From a virus, in IMG/VR virus record IMGVR_UViG_3300027969_000042, positions 1-64,000 of that record: a stretch of DNA of 64,000 nucleotides; one strand, written 5' to 3'. How positions within the stretch are numbered: position 1 is the first letter of the stretch; each line of letters starts with the position of its first letter. The position numbers and the translations under genes are program-made. Below the pieces are notes generated by a model. That model searched no databases. It saw nothing but the letters and a program-made list of their open reading frames with translations, and was not told where the DNA came from. Below are positions 52,608 through 60,901 of this stretch, in pieces.

Positions 52608-52853
52608 TTAAATCTCTGTTTCTTTTATTAAATCAATTATTCTTTGTCTACTATCTTTACATTGTTCTAAACAACTTTGTAACATTTCTAATCCGGCAGG
52701 ATGGTTTAAAATTTTATCTAATCTTTCCTCTGATAATAAATCCACTAAAGTCCAAAACGGACCTAATTGATTTCTCAATTTTGCTTGTGGTGTTTCATTT
52801 ATCCAATTTCCTTCTTGGTCTTTATGACCTGTACTTTCACTAAACTTTTTCAT
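52608..52853 (-). CDS. Hypothetical protein (MKKFSES N-terminus)
   Basis: 81 aa. Confidence 0.65.
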   Translation of the reverse strand: MKKFSESTGHKDQEGNWINETPQAKLRNQLGPFWTLVDLLSEERLDKILNHPAGLEMLQSCLEQCKDSRQRIIDLIKETEI

Positions 52854-53425
52854 TACTTTTGTAAGTTCATATATTCTTTTAGTTTCAATAAAATATAATC
52901 AGTTATTAAATCTGATGCTTGGATATTTTTCAATTGTTTAATATCTAATTTTACTGACTTAGACATTCCTTCGTGTTTTGTTCCATCACCTTTTGGTACA
53001 ATTTCCTCAAAATCTTTATTGTGAAGTGGAATAATATAAGGATAAACTTTATTAGCATTCATCTTAGTTAAAAACAAAGGTCTCAACGCTTCTAGTTCAA
53101 AGTCTTCTCTCAAAACAATACCTGCTTCTTCTTCAAGTTCTCTTGTAATTGCTAAATCATGTGATTCACCTTCTTCTGTGCCACCACCGACTAATGTAAG
53201 ATGATATTCTTGTCCGTCTGTATATTTGAATGTTGGAATATATTCGTATCTTAAAATGACTTGATTTGATTCAATCAAGTAAGGTATACAAACAACATAA
53301 TCTTTATGTCTTACAATCGACCAGTCTTCGAATTTAATGACTGACATATGTTTATCTTGATAAAGTGGTTCTTCTTTATCTTTTTTAAATTCTTCTTTTG
53401 GTTTAAGGCTACTAAATTTATCCAC
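52853..53425 (-). CDS. Nudix hydrolase (ADP-ribose pyrophosphatase-like)
   Basis: GGGTEEGESHDLAITRELEEEAG Nudix box; VILRYEYIP. Confidence 0.85.
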   Translation of the reverse strand: MDKFSSLKPKEEFKKDKEEPLYQDKHMSVIKFEDWSIVRHKDYVVCIPYLIESNQVILRYEYIPTFKYTDGQEYHLTLVGGGTEEGESHDLAITRELEEEAGIVLREDFELEALRPLFLTKMNANKVYPYIIPLHNKDFEEIVPKGDGTKHEGMSKSVKLDIKQLKNIQASDLITDYILLKLKEYMNLQK

Positions 53426-53458
53426 TTTACTATATTAGTTTTTCTTATATATTAAATT

Positions 53459-54097
53459 TTAATATCTATAATTGCGGGTCGGCTTGCGGCATTTTAATTG
53501 ACTTTTGCAATTGTTTAACTCAGAATTCCCTGCTTCTAAACGAGCAGACTTTCTCTTTAGAACCAAGCCTTCGATCATATCAATTTCTACTAAATCATTA
53601 TACAAATCTAAAAAGTTTGATGTATAAGACTTCACTCTATAAATGTTCTCTGATATACCGTATAAGTAAGGTTTCTCACAAGCTTTTGTACCATACAATT
53701 TGTCAAGTAAGACAACTCTTTCTTCAAAAGTTTTACCAACTAAAGAATCTCCATCTAAAACAAGAATGTCAAAGATAACAAACTTATGATTGAAAACTTT
53801 ACGATTTTCATCACTCTTACTTTTATTCATATACTCACCATTGATTACCATCCATTCACCATTTCCACGGTACATAGATTTTAATTCTTCATCGGTAATT
53901 TGAAAGTTAGTAAGTCTGCCATTGTGTCTATTCATTACAATGTGTTTTTCACCATTAGTGTAAATGGTACAGTTTGAACCATTAAGTTTTGGTTGTCCTA
54001 AAAGTGTGTTATTATCCCAGAAGTCTAAATCACTAGACATTATCGCGTTTTTTGGACGTGGTGGGTAGATGTATCTATAGTTTGAGTATTTTGCCAT
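53459..54097 (-). CDS. ATP-dependent ligase/capping-enzyme-superfamily adenylation domain (stand-alone)
   Basis: QPKLNGSNC (motif I), NGEY, FVIFDIL, IEGLVLK, C-terminal KCRK; no OB domain. Confidence 0.75.
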   Translation of the reverse strand: MAKYSNYRYIYPPRPKNAIMSSDLDFWDNNTLLGQPKLNGSNCTIYTNGEKHIVMNRHNGRLTNFQITDEELKSMYRGNGEWMVINGEYMNKSKSDENRKVFNHKFVIFDILVLDGDSLVGKTFEERVVLLDKLYGTKACEKPYLYGISENIYRVKSYTSNFLDLYNDLVEIDMIEGLVLKRKSARLEAGNSELNNCKSQLKCRKPTRNYRY

Positions 54098-54101
54098 AGC
54101 T

Positions 54102-54109
54102 CAAAGATA
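54102..54109 (-). promoter_or_regulatory. TAnnTTTG promoter element
   Basis: TATCTTTG 4 nt upstream of ATG 54097. Confidence 0.65.
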
Positions 54110-54123
54110 CAATAAAAAAATAA

Positions 54124-54144
54124 ATCCACCAAAGATTGGTGGAT
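54124..54144. terminator. Hairpin, probable terminator
   Basis: ATCCACCAA-aga-TTGGTGGAT. Confidence 0.65.
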
Positions 54145-54184
54145 ATTTATGCAACATCATGATAAACTATATAATATAATCGCC

Positions 54185-54838
54185 TTAATTTTTCCAGTTG
54201 AAATTCTTAAAGAACACAAATAAGTCTTTATTGTGTTTTCTTTTACTTTCAAACATATGGTTCTCGGCATTATTTACCATTTCTAGTTTTTGCTCAATAA
54301 TTTGAACTGGGTCTTGTATCTTGTAAGTTTTCTTATTAAAAGTAAATGTATTATATTTTACTTTATCATTATTATCTAAAAAGAAATCTACATTAAAAGT
54401 TTGTCTTTTATTGAAAATACGTTTCCAACTGAAATCTTCTGTGATATATTGATAACCAAGCCTTTCAGAATTTACAGGAATGTTTTCATCACCATATCTA
54501 TTTTTATTAAATCCTCCAGTAGGTCTTTTATCGACAATTAAATCAATGTCTTTAATTTCTCTATTTATTAGAGAATATAAATTTAGAGCTAGTGAACCAG
54601 TAATGATAGAATCAGGATATTGATTACCTATAAATCTTAGATAACTTTCATATCTATCAAAGGTATTTTCAAAAACTTTAAACTTTACGTCTTCGGTAAT
54701 CAATCTAATTTTTAAGTTTCTAATTTCACTCAAAGGTGAAAAATCTGAGGGTATCTCAGTGTAAGTATATCCAACCATATCTCCGTCTTCCATTTTAATT
54801 GTTAAGTTCTTGTAGTAATTCTGACTCAATAAAGTCAT
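54185..54838 (-). CDS. Nucleotidyltransferase-like protein (likely start ATG 54793, MEDG)
   Basis: SIITGSLALNLY...REIKDIDLIV...VDFFL. Confidence 0.75.
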   Translation of the reverse strand: MTLLSQNYYKNLTIKMEDGDMVGYTYTEIPSDFSPLSEIRNLKIRLITEDVKFKVFENTFDRYESYLRFIGNQYPDSIITGSLALNLYSLINREIKDIDLIVDKRPTGGFNKNRYGDENIPVNSERLGYQYITEDFSWKRIFNKRQTFNVDFFLDNNDKVKYNTFTFNKKTYKIQDPVQIIEQKLEMVNNAENHMFESKRKHNKDLFVFFKNFNWKN

Positions 54839-54899
54839 TATACATTTGTGATAAATAGTATGCTTGTTCAGCAGAATAATTTTCTAAATCGTAGTCCAT
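54795..54899 (-). CDS. Small acidic ORF (34 aa) MDYDLENYSAEQAYYLSQMYNDFIESELLQELNN
   Basis: Manual translation; directly downstream of a TAnnTTTG promoter. Confidence 0.55.
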   Translation of the reverse strand: MDYDLENYSAEQAYYLSQMYNDFIESELLQELNN

Positions 54900-54915
54900 A
54901 GTGTTTATATTTCTA

Positions 54916-54923
54916 CAAATATA
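54916..54923 (-). promoter_or_regulatory. TAnnTTTG promoter element
   Basis: TATATTTG 16 nt upstream of ATG 54899. Confidence 0.65.
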
Positions 54924-54966
54924 CAAAAATTATTTTAAATAATTTGACTAATTTTATTATATCTTA

Positions 54967-55407
54967 CTATTGATTTACTAAATTTTGAAGCTTGTTCTGC
55001 TGTGTATATAAACGTCCTGAGAAATTGACTGGAGATCCGTGTGTTAAATGTCCACCGTGAGATAAATCAAATCCTAAAATTTTATCACCAGGTTTTAAAC
55101 AAGCGTGAAAAACCGCAGTATTTGCTTGAGAACCAGAGTGTGGTTGTACATTGACATATTCTACACCAAATAATTCCTTGGCTCTTTCAATGGCGATTTT
55201 TTCTACAACATCGACAACTTCACAACCACCATAGTATCTTTTATCTGGATAGCCTTCTGCGTATTTATTTGTTAAACAAGATCCGGCAGCTTTCATTACT
55301 TGATCACTTACAAAGTTTTCTGATGCAATAAGTTCTATTCCGTGAATTTGTCTACTCTCTTCTTCTAATATAAGATCAAAGATTTTACTATCATTTTGTA
55401 CTTTCAT
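54967..55407 (-). pseudogene. glyA: N-terminal third of serine hydroxymethyltransferase (truncated)
   Basis: [49 protein letters not shown]; ends after SGRLY, before the PLP-lysine (THKT) region. Confidence 0.9.
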
Positions 55408-55422
55408 TTTTTTAATTTTTTT

Positions 55423-55839
55423 TTATATTATAAAACCTGTCTGTAGATTATCTAAAAATCTTTGAGGTAAATAAATGTTTCTTAATTTCATTGCAGATTT
55501 AAAAAGAGGTGCAATTTCTTCCACGGTAAAATAAGCTAAGTTACAACCTAATTCAACTACATAAAAAGTTAGATGTTTATTATCTTTAGCAAACTGAAGA
55601 AAAGTATCAACACCCAGTTTAATCTCACCTAAACTTACTGGTTGATACTCTTTTCGTAGTTCTTTTGTTATTATAGCATATGATTGACCTTGAAGTCCTT
55701 CAGATTGTCCATATATAGCACCAAACTTATTTCTTGCGGTTAAGGCAGCACCTTTTCCGTGTCTTCCTTGACGGTTACTACCGAAAACGAAGATCTCATT
55801 TTCTTTTAATTCTTTTATGTAATTAGGTGTTACGTACAT
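55423..55839 (-). CDS. A1S_2505-like phage protein (Macro-related fold suspected)
   Basis: IFVFGSNRQGRHGKGAA...FGAIYGQSEGLQGQSYAIIT...LGCNLA. Confidence 0.75.
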   Translation of the reverse strand: MYVTPNYIKELKENEIFVFGSNRQGRHGKGAALTARNKFGAIYGQSEGLQGQSYAIITKELRKEYQPVSLGEIKLGVDTFLQFAKDNKHLTFYVVELGCNLAYFTVEEIAPLFKSAMKLRNIYLPQRFLDNLQTGFII

Positions 55840-56176
55840 CTTTTCTAATTAAATCTCCAAGTGTTGGTCTTTCAGTTCTTACTGTTCCACCAGGTAGTCC
55901 TAGTAAATCATTTATTCGTTTTTCTCTCAAAACTTCTTTTGAGTAGAAAGATTCCATATCAACTGCATGATACATTTTTCTTCCTTTACTATGAATATAA
56001 TCTAAGTTAGGTAAAAGGTGTAAATTTCCATCGGCAGATTTATTATAACCATAGTCATAATAATTATCATATTCTTCCCATCCAGAATAGTAATAGTAGT
56101 CCCACCACATGGTAGTTTCCATTTTTACTTCTGATCTAAAAAGTTTATCCTCGTATGTTTTATTTATTGCTCTCAT
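55823..56176 (-). CDS. Tyr-rich hypothetical protein with REKRINDLLG tag
   Basis: 117 aa. Confidence 0.65.
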   Translation of the reverse strand: MRAINKTYEDKLFRSEVKMETTMWWDYYYYSGWEEYDNYYDYGYNKSADGNLHLLPNLDYIHSKGRKMYHAVDMESFYSKEVLREKRINDLLGLPGGTVRTERPTLGDLIRKDVRNT

Positions 56177-56492
56177 TGAAAATTTTTCCTATTCTCCAAT
56201 CTCTTATATTTATCTTAAAATCTTCAAATGAATCTGAATCTGCGAACAATTCAATTCTTTCATTTATTTCTTTTATCAAATTTTCTAACTCAGGTGTATT
56301 ATACATACTTTTACCTGGATAAACACATTCTACTTTACTTTCTCCTTGAACTGGTAATACCCACGTAGTTATATTATCATAACTAAGTTGATTTTTAAAT
56401 TCTGCTAGATGTTGGGCAGCAGTTTGACGTGACATCCCAGCAATACTTACATAAAAAGCAAAAATTGGATTATCTAAATTTAATTCTCCCAT
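56160..56492 (-). CDS. Hypothetical protein with C-terminal RDWRIGKIF tag
   Basis: 110 aa. Confidence 0.7.
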   Translation of the reverse strand: MGELNLDNPIFAFYVSIAGMSRQTAAQHLAEFKNQLSYDNITTWVLPVQGESKVECVYPGKSMYNTPELENLIKEINERIELFADSDSFEDFKINIRDWRIGKIFNESNK

Positions 56493-56506
56493 AACAATTT
56501 TATTTG

Positions 56507-56938
56507 TTATATGATTAAATCTAATAGATGTTCTACTCTATTAAAGATTTTATCTTTAGCTTCTTCTTTTGTTAGAAACCCACACCAATCTAATTCATCT
56601 GCTTGAAGATTTTCAATAGGCACAATTTCACTTTCTAAACCAATTTCAGAAATATCTTCTATATAAACGGTGTATAAGTATAATCTCTTATAGTTCTCAC
56701 CATATTTATCTACATAATTTACTACAATAGGTTCTTCTTTATTACTAATTTGTTCTCTAGTGATTATAATAGAAGTTTCTTCTGCTAATTCTCTAATTGC
56801 AGCGACTATTCGTTTTTCATCTTTTTCAATTCCTCCTTTGGGAAATGAGAAAGTTTTCTCCCATCTTGCATTAGTGGCATGAGAAAGAAGAATTTTAGTG
56901 TTATTTAAAATTATTATTATACCTGCAGACTTTTTCAT
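56507..56938 (-). CDS. Nudix hydrolase
   Basis: FSFPKGGIEKDEKRIVAAIRELAEETS. Confidence 0.9.
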   Translation of the reverse strand: MKKSAGIIIILNNTKILLSHATNARWEKTFSFPKGGIEKDEKRIVAAIRELAEETSIIITREQISNKEEPIVVNYVDKYGENYKRLYLYTVYIEDISEIGLESEIVPIENLQADELDWCGFLTKEEAKDKIFNRVEHLLDLII

Positions 56939-56940
56939 CT

Positions 56941-57558
56941 TTAATTAAATGTTAAATTATAGACCTCTTGTATTGCCAAAATACCATTTGGTTTAATTTC
57001 TCTTGTTCCAATTCCAGCAAAATTTTCACTTGTAATAACCGGTGTACCTTTTAACTCTCTAAACGATAATGACGTATATGACCATCTAAACCATTTATCT
57101 TTGTCTTGATCAAAAACATAAACTGTTTTTTGATTATCAACTGCCATTTGAACCGCATAACCTGTACCACCATCAACTACTTCAAATTGTGACTTATTAT
57201 AAAATCCTTTTGAACCCTTTTTACCTGCTGCTACAATAGTTCCTATAGCAAATACTTCATCAGAATACTTTACTTGTGCCCAATTTCTTGCTAACAAGTT
57301 CATAAATCTGTGAATACCAAATCTACCTAAAGTTTTATTAGCAATCTGAATTGCTTTTACTCCTTCTTCATAGTCAGTATCACTAATCTCTACTTTATTA
57401 TCAGTAGTATGATACTTTGTCTTATAAGAATAAGCTTTAGTTTTCACACCATAGATAGTACCTTTATTTTCCCAAACAGTGTCCGCACCCTCAGCACCGC
57501 CAGAGTGACAAACAATTTTCGTTAAGTCAATTGGTACATTACCAAATATATCTATCAT
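56941..57558 (-). CDS. SLOG-superfamily (YspA/YAcAr-like) nucleotide-binding protein
   Basis: VCHSGGAEGADTVW...DGGTGYAVQMA...VYVFDQ...FAGIGTR. Confidence 0.65.
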   Translation of the reverse strand: MIDIFGNVPIDLTKIVCHSGGAEGADTVWENKGTIYGVKTKAYSYKTKYHTTDNKVEISDTDYEEGVKAIQIANKTLGRFGIHRFMNLLARNWAQVKYSDEVFAIGTIVAAGKKGSKGFYNKSQFEVVDGGTGYAVQMAVDNQKTVYVFDQDKDKWFRWSYTSLSFRELKGTPVITSENFAGIGTREIKPNGILAIQEVYNLTFN

Positions 57559-57872
57559 ATTCCTAATTCTTTTAATTTATTATCTCTTAAAGAAGATTTA
57601 TAATCTTCTGTCTGTGTTATAAAGTACTCGTCCATTTCTTCTAAAGTAAAATAATAATTTTTTACTTTTTCCTCATAAGGTAAGTTCCACCAATTTGGTT
57701 TATCATAAACAAAACTATCATCTTCGATACAGAAACCATAACCTTCTTTTTCAGTTGCTCCATTCCACATTAAGTCACCACAACCTTTTATTTTGTAGTG
57801 ACCTTTTAGTTTTAATGTTTCATATTGTTTTATACAAACAACTTGATCTCCCATTTCAAATCTATCGTCCAT
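57555..57872 (-). CDS. Hypothetical protein with C-terminal RDNKLKELGI tag
   Basis: 105 aa; FEMGDQVVC start. Confidence 0.7.
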   Translation of the reverse strand: MDDRFEMGDQVVCIKQYETLKLKGHYKIKGCGDLMWNGATEKEGYGFCIEDDSFVYDKPNWWNLPYEEKVKNYYFTLEEMDEYFITQTEDYKSSLRDNKLKELGI

Positions 57873-58044
57873 TTGTTAAAGATAATATTTTATTTTTTCT
57901 TTGTTCTATTTTTTTAAGTTTTTTCTTAATCACTGAAACTCTTTTCATTGTCGCAGATGTAGAAATCTCTTTTGTTCCATAATATGAGTTTATCTGTATT
58001 TTTAACCAAGCTAATTCTGCTTTAAGATTTCCCATGATGATCAA
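57862..58044 (-). CDS. Small basic protein with RKNKILSL tag
   Basis: 60 aa. Confidence 0.5.
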   Translation of the reverse strand: MIIMGNLKAELAWLKIQINSYYGTKEISTSATMKRVSVIKKKLKKIEQRKNKILSLTNGR

Positions 58045-58603
58045 CTTTATGAACTTCTCTTTTACTCATTATTGAGTAAATTTCGTTTATGTGATATGGT
58101 CTAAAATCTTTATGAGTATCTACACCAACATCCATAGATCTTCCGTAATCAGGAATACTTCCGTGTGAATGTCCGTAAAGGTGTATTGTACCTCTATGAG
58201 ATTTTGGCCATATTCTGTGAGAGTAATGTGATAAATGGAATTGTTGTTTTCCAACATATCCAGTATAAACATACCCTACACTTGTAAAAAGTTCCTGTAA
58301 TTCTAAAGAATCCTCAATTTCTTGATCGTGGTTTCCTAAAATTAAGTGAATGTTTTTACAAATTAAAGAGTTTCTAAACTCTCTAATTGTTCTAGCATCA
58401 CCAAACGCAAAGTCTCCAAGGTGATACAAAGTATCGTCCTCTTTAACATATTTGTTGATGTTAGCAATTAAAGCTTCGTTCATTTGTTGAACGCTTGTAA
58501 ACTTTCTGAACCCGTCCGTCCAACGAGAAACTTCTTTTCCCGCGATGTTCTTGTGACCATAATGTGTATCACTGGTGAACCATATATTCATTTCTTTTTT
58601 CAT
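58022..58603 (-). CDS. Calcineurin-like metallophosphoesterase
   Basis: FTSDTHYGH, YHLGDFA, ILGNHD, LSHY, HLYGHSH, MDVGVD. Confidence 0.92.
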   Translation of the reverse strand: MKKEMNIWFTSDTHYGHKNIAGKEVSRWTDGFRKFTSVQQMNEALIANINKYVKEDDTLYHLGDFAFGDARTIREFRNSLICKNIHLILGNHDQEIEDSLELQELFTSVGYVYTGYVGKQQFHLSHYSHRIWPKSHRGTIHLYGHSHGSIPDYGRSMDVGVDTHKDFRPYHINEIYSIMSKREVHKVDHHGKS

Positions 58604-58609
58604 TTAACA

Positions 58610-58617
58610 CAAATATA
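58610..58617 (-). promoter_or_regulatory. TAnnTTTG promoter heading the 52-58.6 kb leftward operon
   Basis: TATATTTG 6 nt upstream of ATG 58603. Confidence 0.65.
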
Positions 58618-58643
58618 CGAAAAAAAAGTTTTATATATACATT

Positions 58644-58889
58644 ATGATTATAAAAAGTTTTAATAAGTTCAACGAAAGTCTTAGTGATCCAATTTTTACA
58701 GATGAGATTCCTCATTATGGTGAATACTATACTATTCCTGAATTTAAAGAAGCTATAGAAGATGGTGACATTACAAAAGATGATGGAACTGGTTATTATT
58801 CAAATGGAGAACATATGAGTAGAAAGAATCCTGTTTTTGATTCAGAAGAACCAGATGGTTCAAGATATGTAATTTGGTTTAATAAATAA
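58644..58889 (+). CDS. Acidic hypothetical protein, CTS-like N-terminus (MIIKSFNKFNES)
   Basis: 81 aa; preceded by TTATATATAC. Confidence 0.72.
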   Translation: MIIKSFNKFNESLSDPIFTDEIPHYGEYYTIPEFKEAIEDGDITKDDGTGYYSNGEHMSRKNPVFDSEEPDGSRYVIWFNK

Positions 58890-58904
58890 AAAATATAAAA
58901 TATT

Positions 58905-59135
58905 ATGATAAAAAAATTCAACGAATTTCTAAAAGAGTCTTACAGACCTAATGAAGGACAAGATGGTTCAACTAGTGTTCATTTAAAAGATGAAGAATTG
59001 GACTTATTCCAAACAGAAGGTTCTTTAAGAACTTTAATTACTGATGAGAAAATCTCTTTGGTTGGAAACGATTTATGGTATCACGAAGATGATAAACAAA
59101 CTATTGATACATTAAGTAACTACTTTAGTATATAA
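58905..59135 (+). CDS. Acidic hypothetical protein, CTS-like N-terminus (MIKKFNEFLKES)
   Basis: 76 aa. Confidence 0.72.
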   Translation: MIKKFNEFLKESYRPNEGQDGSTSVHLKDEELDLFQTEGSLRTLITDEKISLVGNDLWYHEDDKQTIDTLSNYFSI

Positions 59136-59149
59136 AAAAATAAACAAAT

Positions 59150-60871
59150 ATGAAAATTAAAAAAACAAATTTTCTATTATTAAGATCAGCATCAATTTTA
59201 TTGATGCTGTTCGTGTATAATGGATATTCGCAATGTACGAATACTACTACATGGGATGGAACTGGTTGGTCTAATGGATTTCCAGATTCCGTAACAACTG
59301 CTGTTATAGATGGAGCTTATGATACAATCAACGATGGTTCCATAGATTGTTGTTCTCTTTCTGTTACTAACCAGGGAAATTTAACTATAAGCTCCGGTGA
59401 CTACTGTAATATCTATTCAAATATTACTGTTGATCCAGCTGGTATATTATTAGTAAAGTCAGGTGGTTCTCTTATTCCTAATAATAATAGTGCGGTCTCT
59501 ACTGGGATTGTTAAGGTTGAGAGAAAAACACCGCTCACTAAGAGATACGATTATACATATTGGAGTAGTCCAGTTTCTACAACAATAGGAACTGCTTTGT
59601 TACCCGCTAAATGGGAACCTAATTATACATTTACATTCTATACGCCTAATTTCTATGATGTCGAAACACGTTACCAAACCACATTTATTTCAAATTTCCC
59701 GGATGGTCAAGATGACAATGGTGATACTTGGACAAGAACTAATATAGCAAATAGCATGATTCCGGGTAAAGGATATGCTTCAATGATTAAATCAATAACT
59801 GCAACCGGAGTATATCCTAGAATAGAAACCGTTACTTTTATAGGTTCTCTAAATACTGGTGTAATTACTATACCTTTGGATTTAAGTCAAAATACTGCAA
59901 GCGATGTTGATGATTTTAATTTAGTAGGAAATCCATATTCCGCAAGTATAAACTCAAACGACTTTATCGATGAAAATATCTTAAATATCTCAGGAACTTT
60001 ATATTTTTGGACACATGCAAATACATTGACTACATCATATTCAGGTTTAGAACAATTCAACTTCTCCGCAAATGATTATGCTAAGTACACTAAATTAGGC
60101 GGGATAAATGCAGTCTTCGGCGGTAAAAAACCTTCCAATGTTATAGGAAGCGGTCAAGGGTTTTTAGTAGAAGCAGAAAGTGCAAATAACTTAGTTTTTA
60201 CACCTAATTTAATGTCAAAGGCTTATGTTAATACAACAGCAGTTTCTTTTTTTAGAGGTAGTAATAATAACAAAAGAAAACTTTGGTTAAATATGACAGA
60301 TGGTGAATTGTTTTCTCAACAACTAATTGGTTATAACTCAAGTTCTGACTTAGAATATAATAAAGGTTGGGATAGTGGATGGGAAAGTAGTATCGCAGTT
60401 GCTAGATTACCTCTTAAATTTTATTCAATAGAAGAAAATTATCACTATGATATCCAAGCAAGAGGTAGATTCGACGAAGATGACGAAGTTAGATTAGGTT
60501 ATTTTAGTGCAGCAAACGCTCAATTTACTATTAGTATTGATCAGAAAGAAGGAAAAATTAAAGATGTTTATCTATATGATGAAGTTTTTGATATATGGCA
60601 CGATCTTTCAGTACCATATACTTTTGATACTACTACTGGAGAATTTAATACACGATTCCGTATAAGATATAAACTACCAGAAGATGAAGACGATCATGAT
60701 GATAAAATTAAGAGTAATCTAGTTAAGAAGATAGATGTTTACGATTTATTTAATAGAAGGATTGATTCAATTGAAGGTGATAATTTAGATAATCTACCAT
60801 CTGGTCAAATCTTAATACTTAAAATATATCAAGGTGATGAAGTAATAACTAAAAAATACTTTAAAAAATAA
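59150..60871 (+). CDS. Flavobacterial T9SS-cargo-like secreted protein (host-derived)
   Basis: Signal peptide; YTYWSSPV, FNLVGNPY, GSGQGFLV, LWLNM...QQLIGY, YDIQARG, VYLYD, RFRIRY; degenerate C-terminal sorting domain (IDVYDL...ILILKI...VITKK). Confidence 0.75.
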   Translation: MKIKKTNFLLLRSASILLMLFVYNGYSQCTNTTTWDGTGWSNGFPDSVTTAVIDGAYDTINDGSIDCCSLSVTNQGNLTISSGDYCNIYSNITVDPAGILLVKSGGSLIPNNNSAVSTGIVKVERKTPLTKRYDYTYWSSPVSTTIGTALLPAKWEPNYTFTFYTPNFYDVETRYQTTFISNFPDGQDDNGDTWTRTNIANSMIPGKGYASMIKSITATGVYPRIETVTFIGSLNTGVITIPLDLSQNTASDVDDFNLVGNPYSASINSNDFIDENILNISGTLYFWTHANTLTTSYSGLEQFNFSANDYAKYTKLGGINAVFGGKKPSNVIGSGQGFLVEAESANNLVFTPNLMSKAYVNTTAVSFFRGSNNNKRKLWLNMTDGELFSQQLIGYNSSSDLEYNKGWDSGWESSIAVARLPLKFYSIEENYHYDIQARGRFDEDDEVRLGYFSAANAQFTISIDQKEGKIKDVYLYDEVFDIWHDLSVPYTFDTTTGEFNTRFRIRYKLPEDEDDHDDKIKSNLVKKIDVYDLFNRRIDSIEGDNLDNLPSGQILILKIYQGDEVITKKYFKK

Positions 60872-60875
60872 AATA

Positions 60876-60901
60876 AAAACCCAACAATTAGTTGGGTTTT
60901 T
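60876..60901. terminator. Bidirectional terminator
   Basis: AAAAACCCAAC-aatt-AGTTGGGTTTTT. Confidence 0.85.

Noticed and set aside
52608-52853. KLRNQLGP resembling a histidine-kinase H-box
   Set aside because: The phospho-His is absent and there is no HATPase domain.
52853-58603. Complete NAD reconstitution pathway (NARP1/NARP2)
   Set aside because: No PRPP-synthetase-like, NAMPT-like or NMNAT gene is recognisable in this window.
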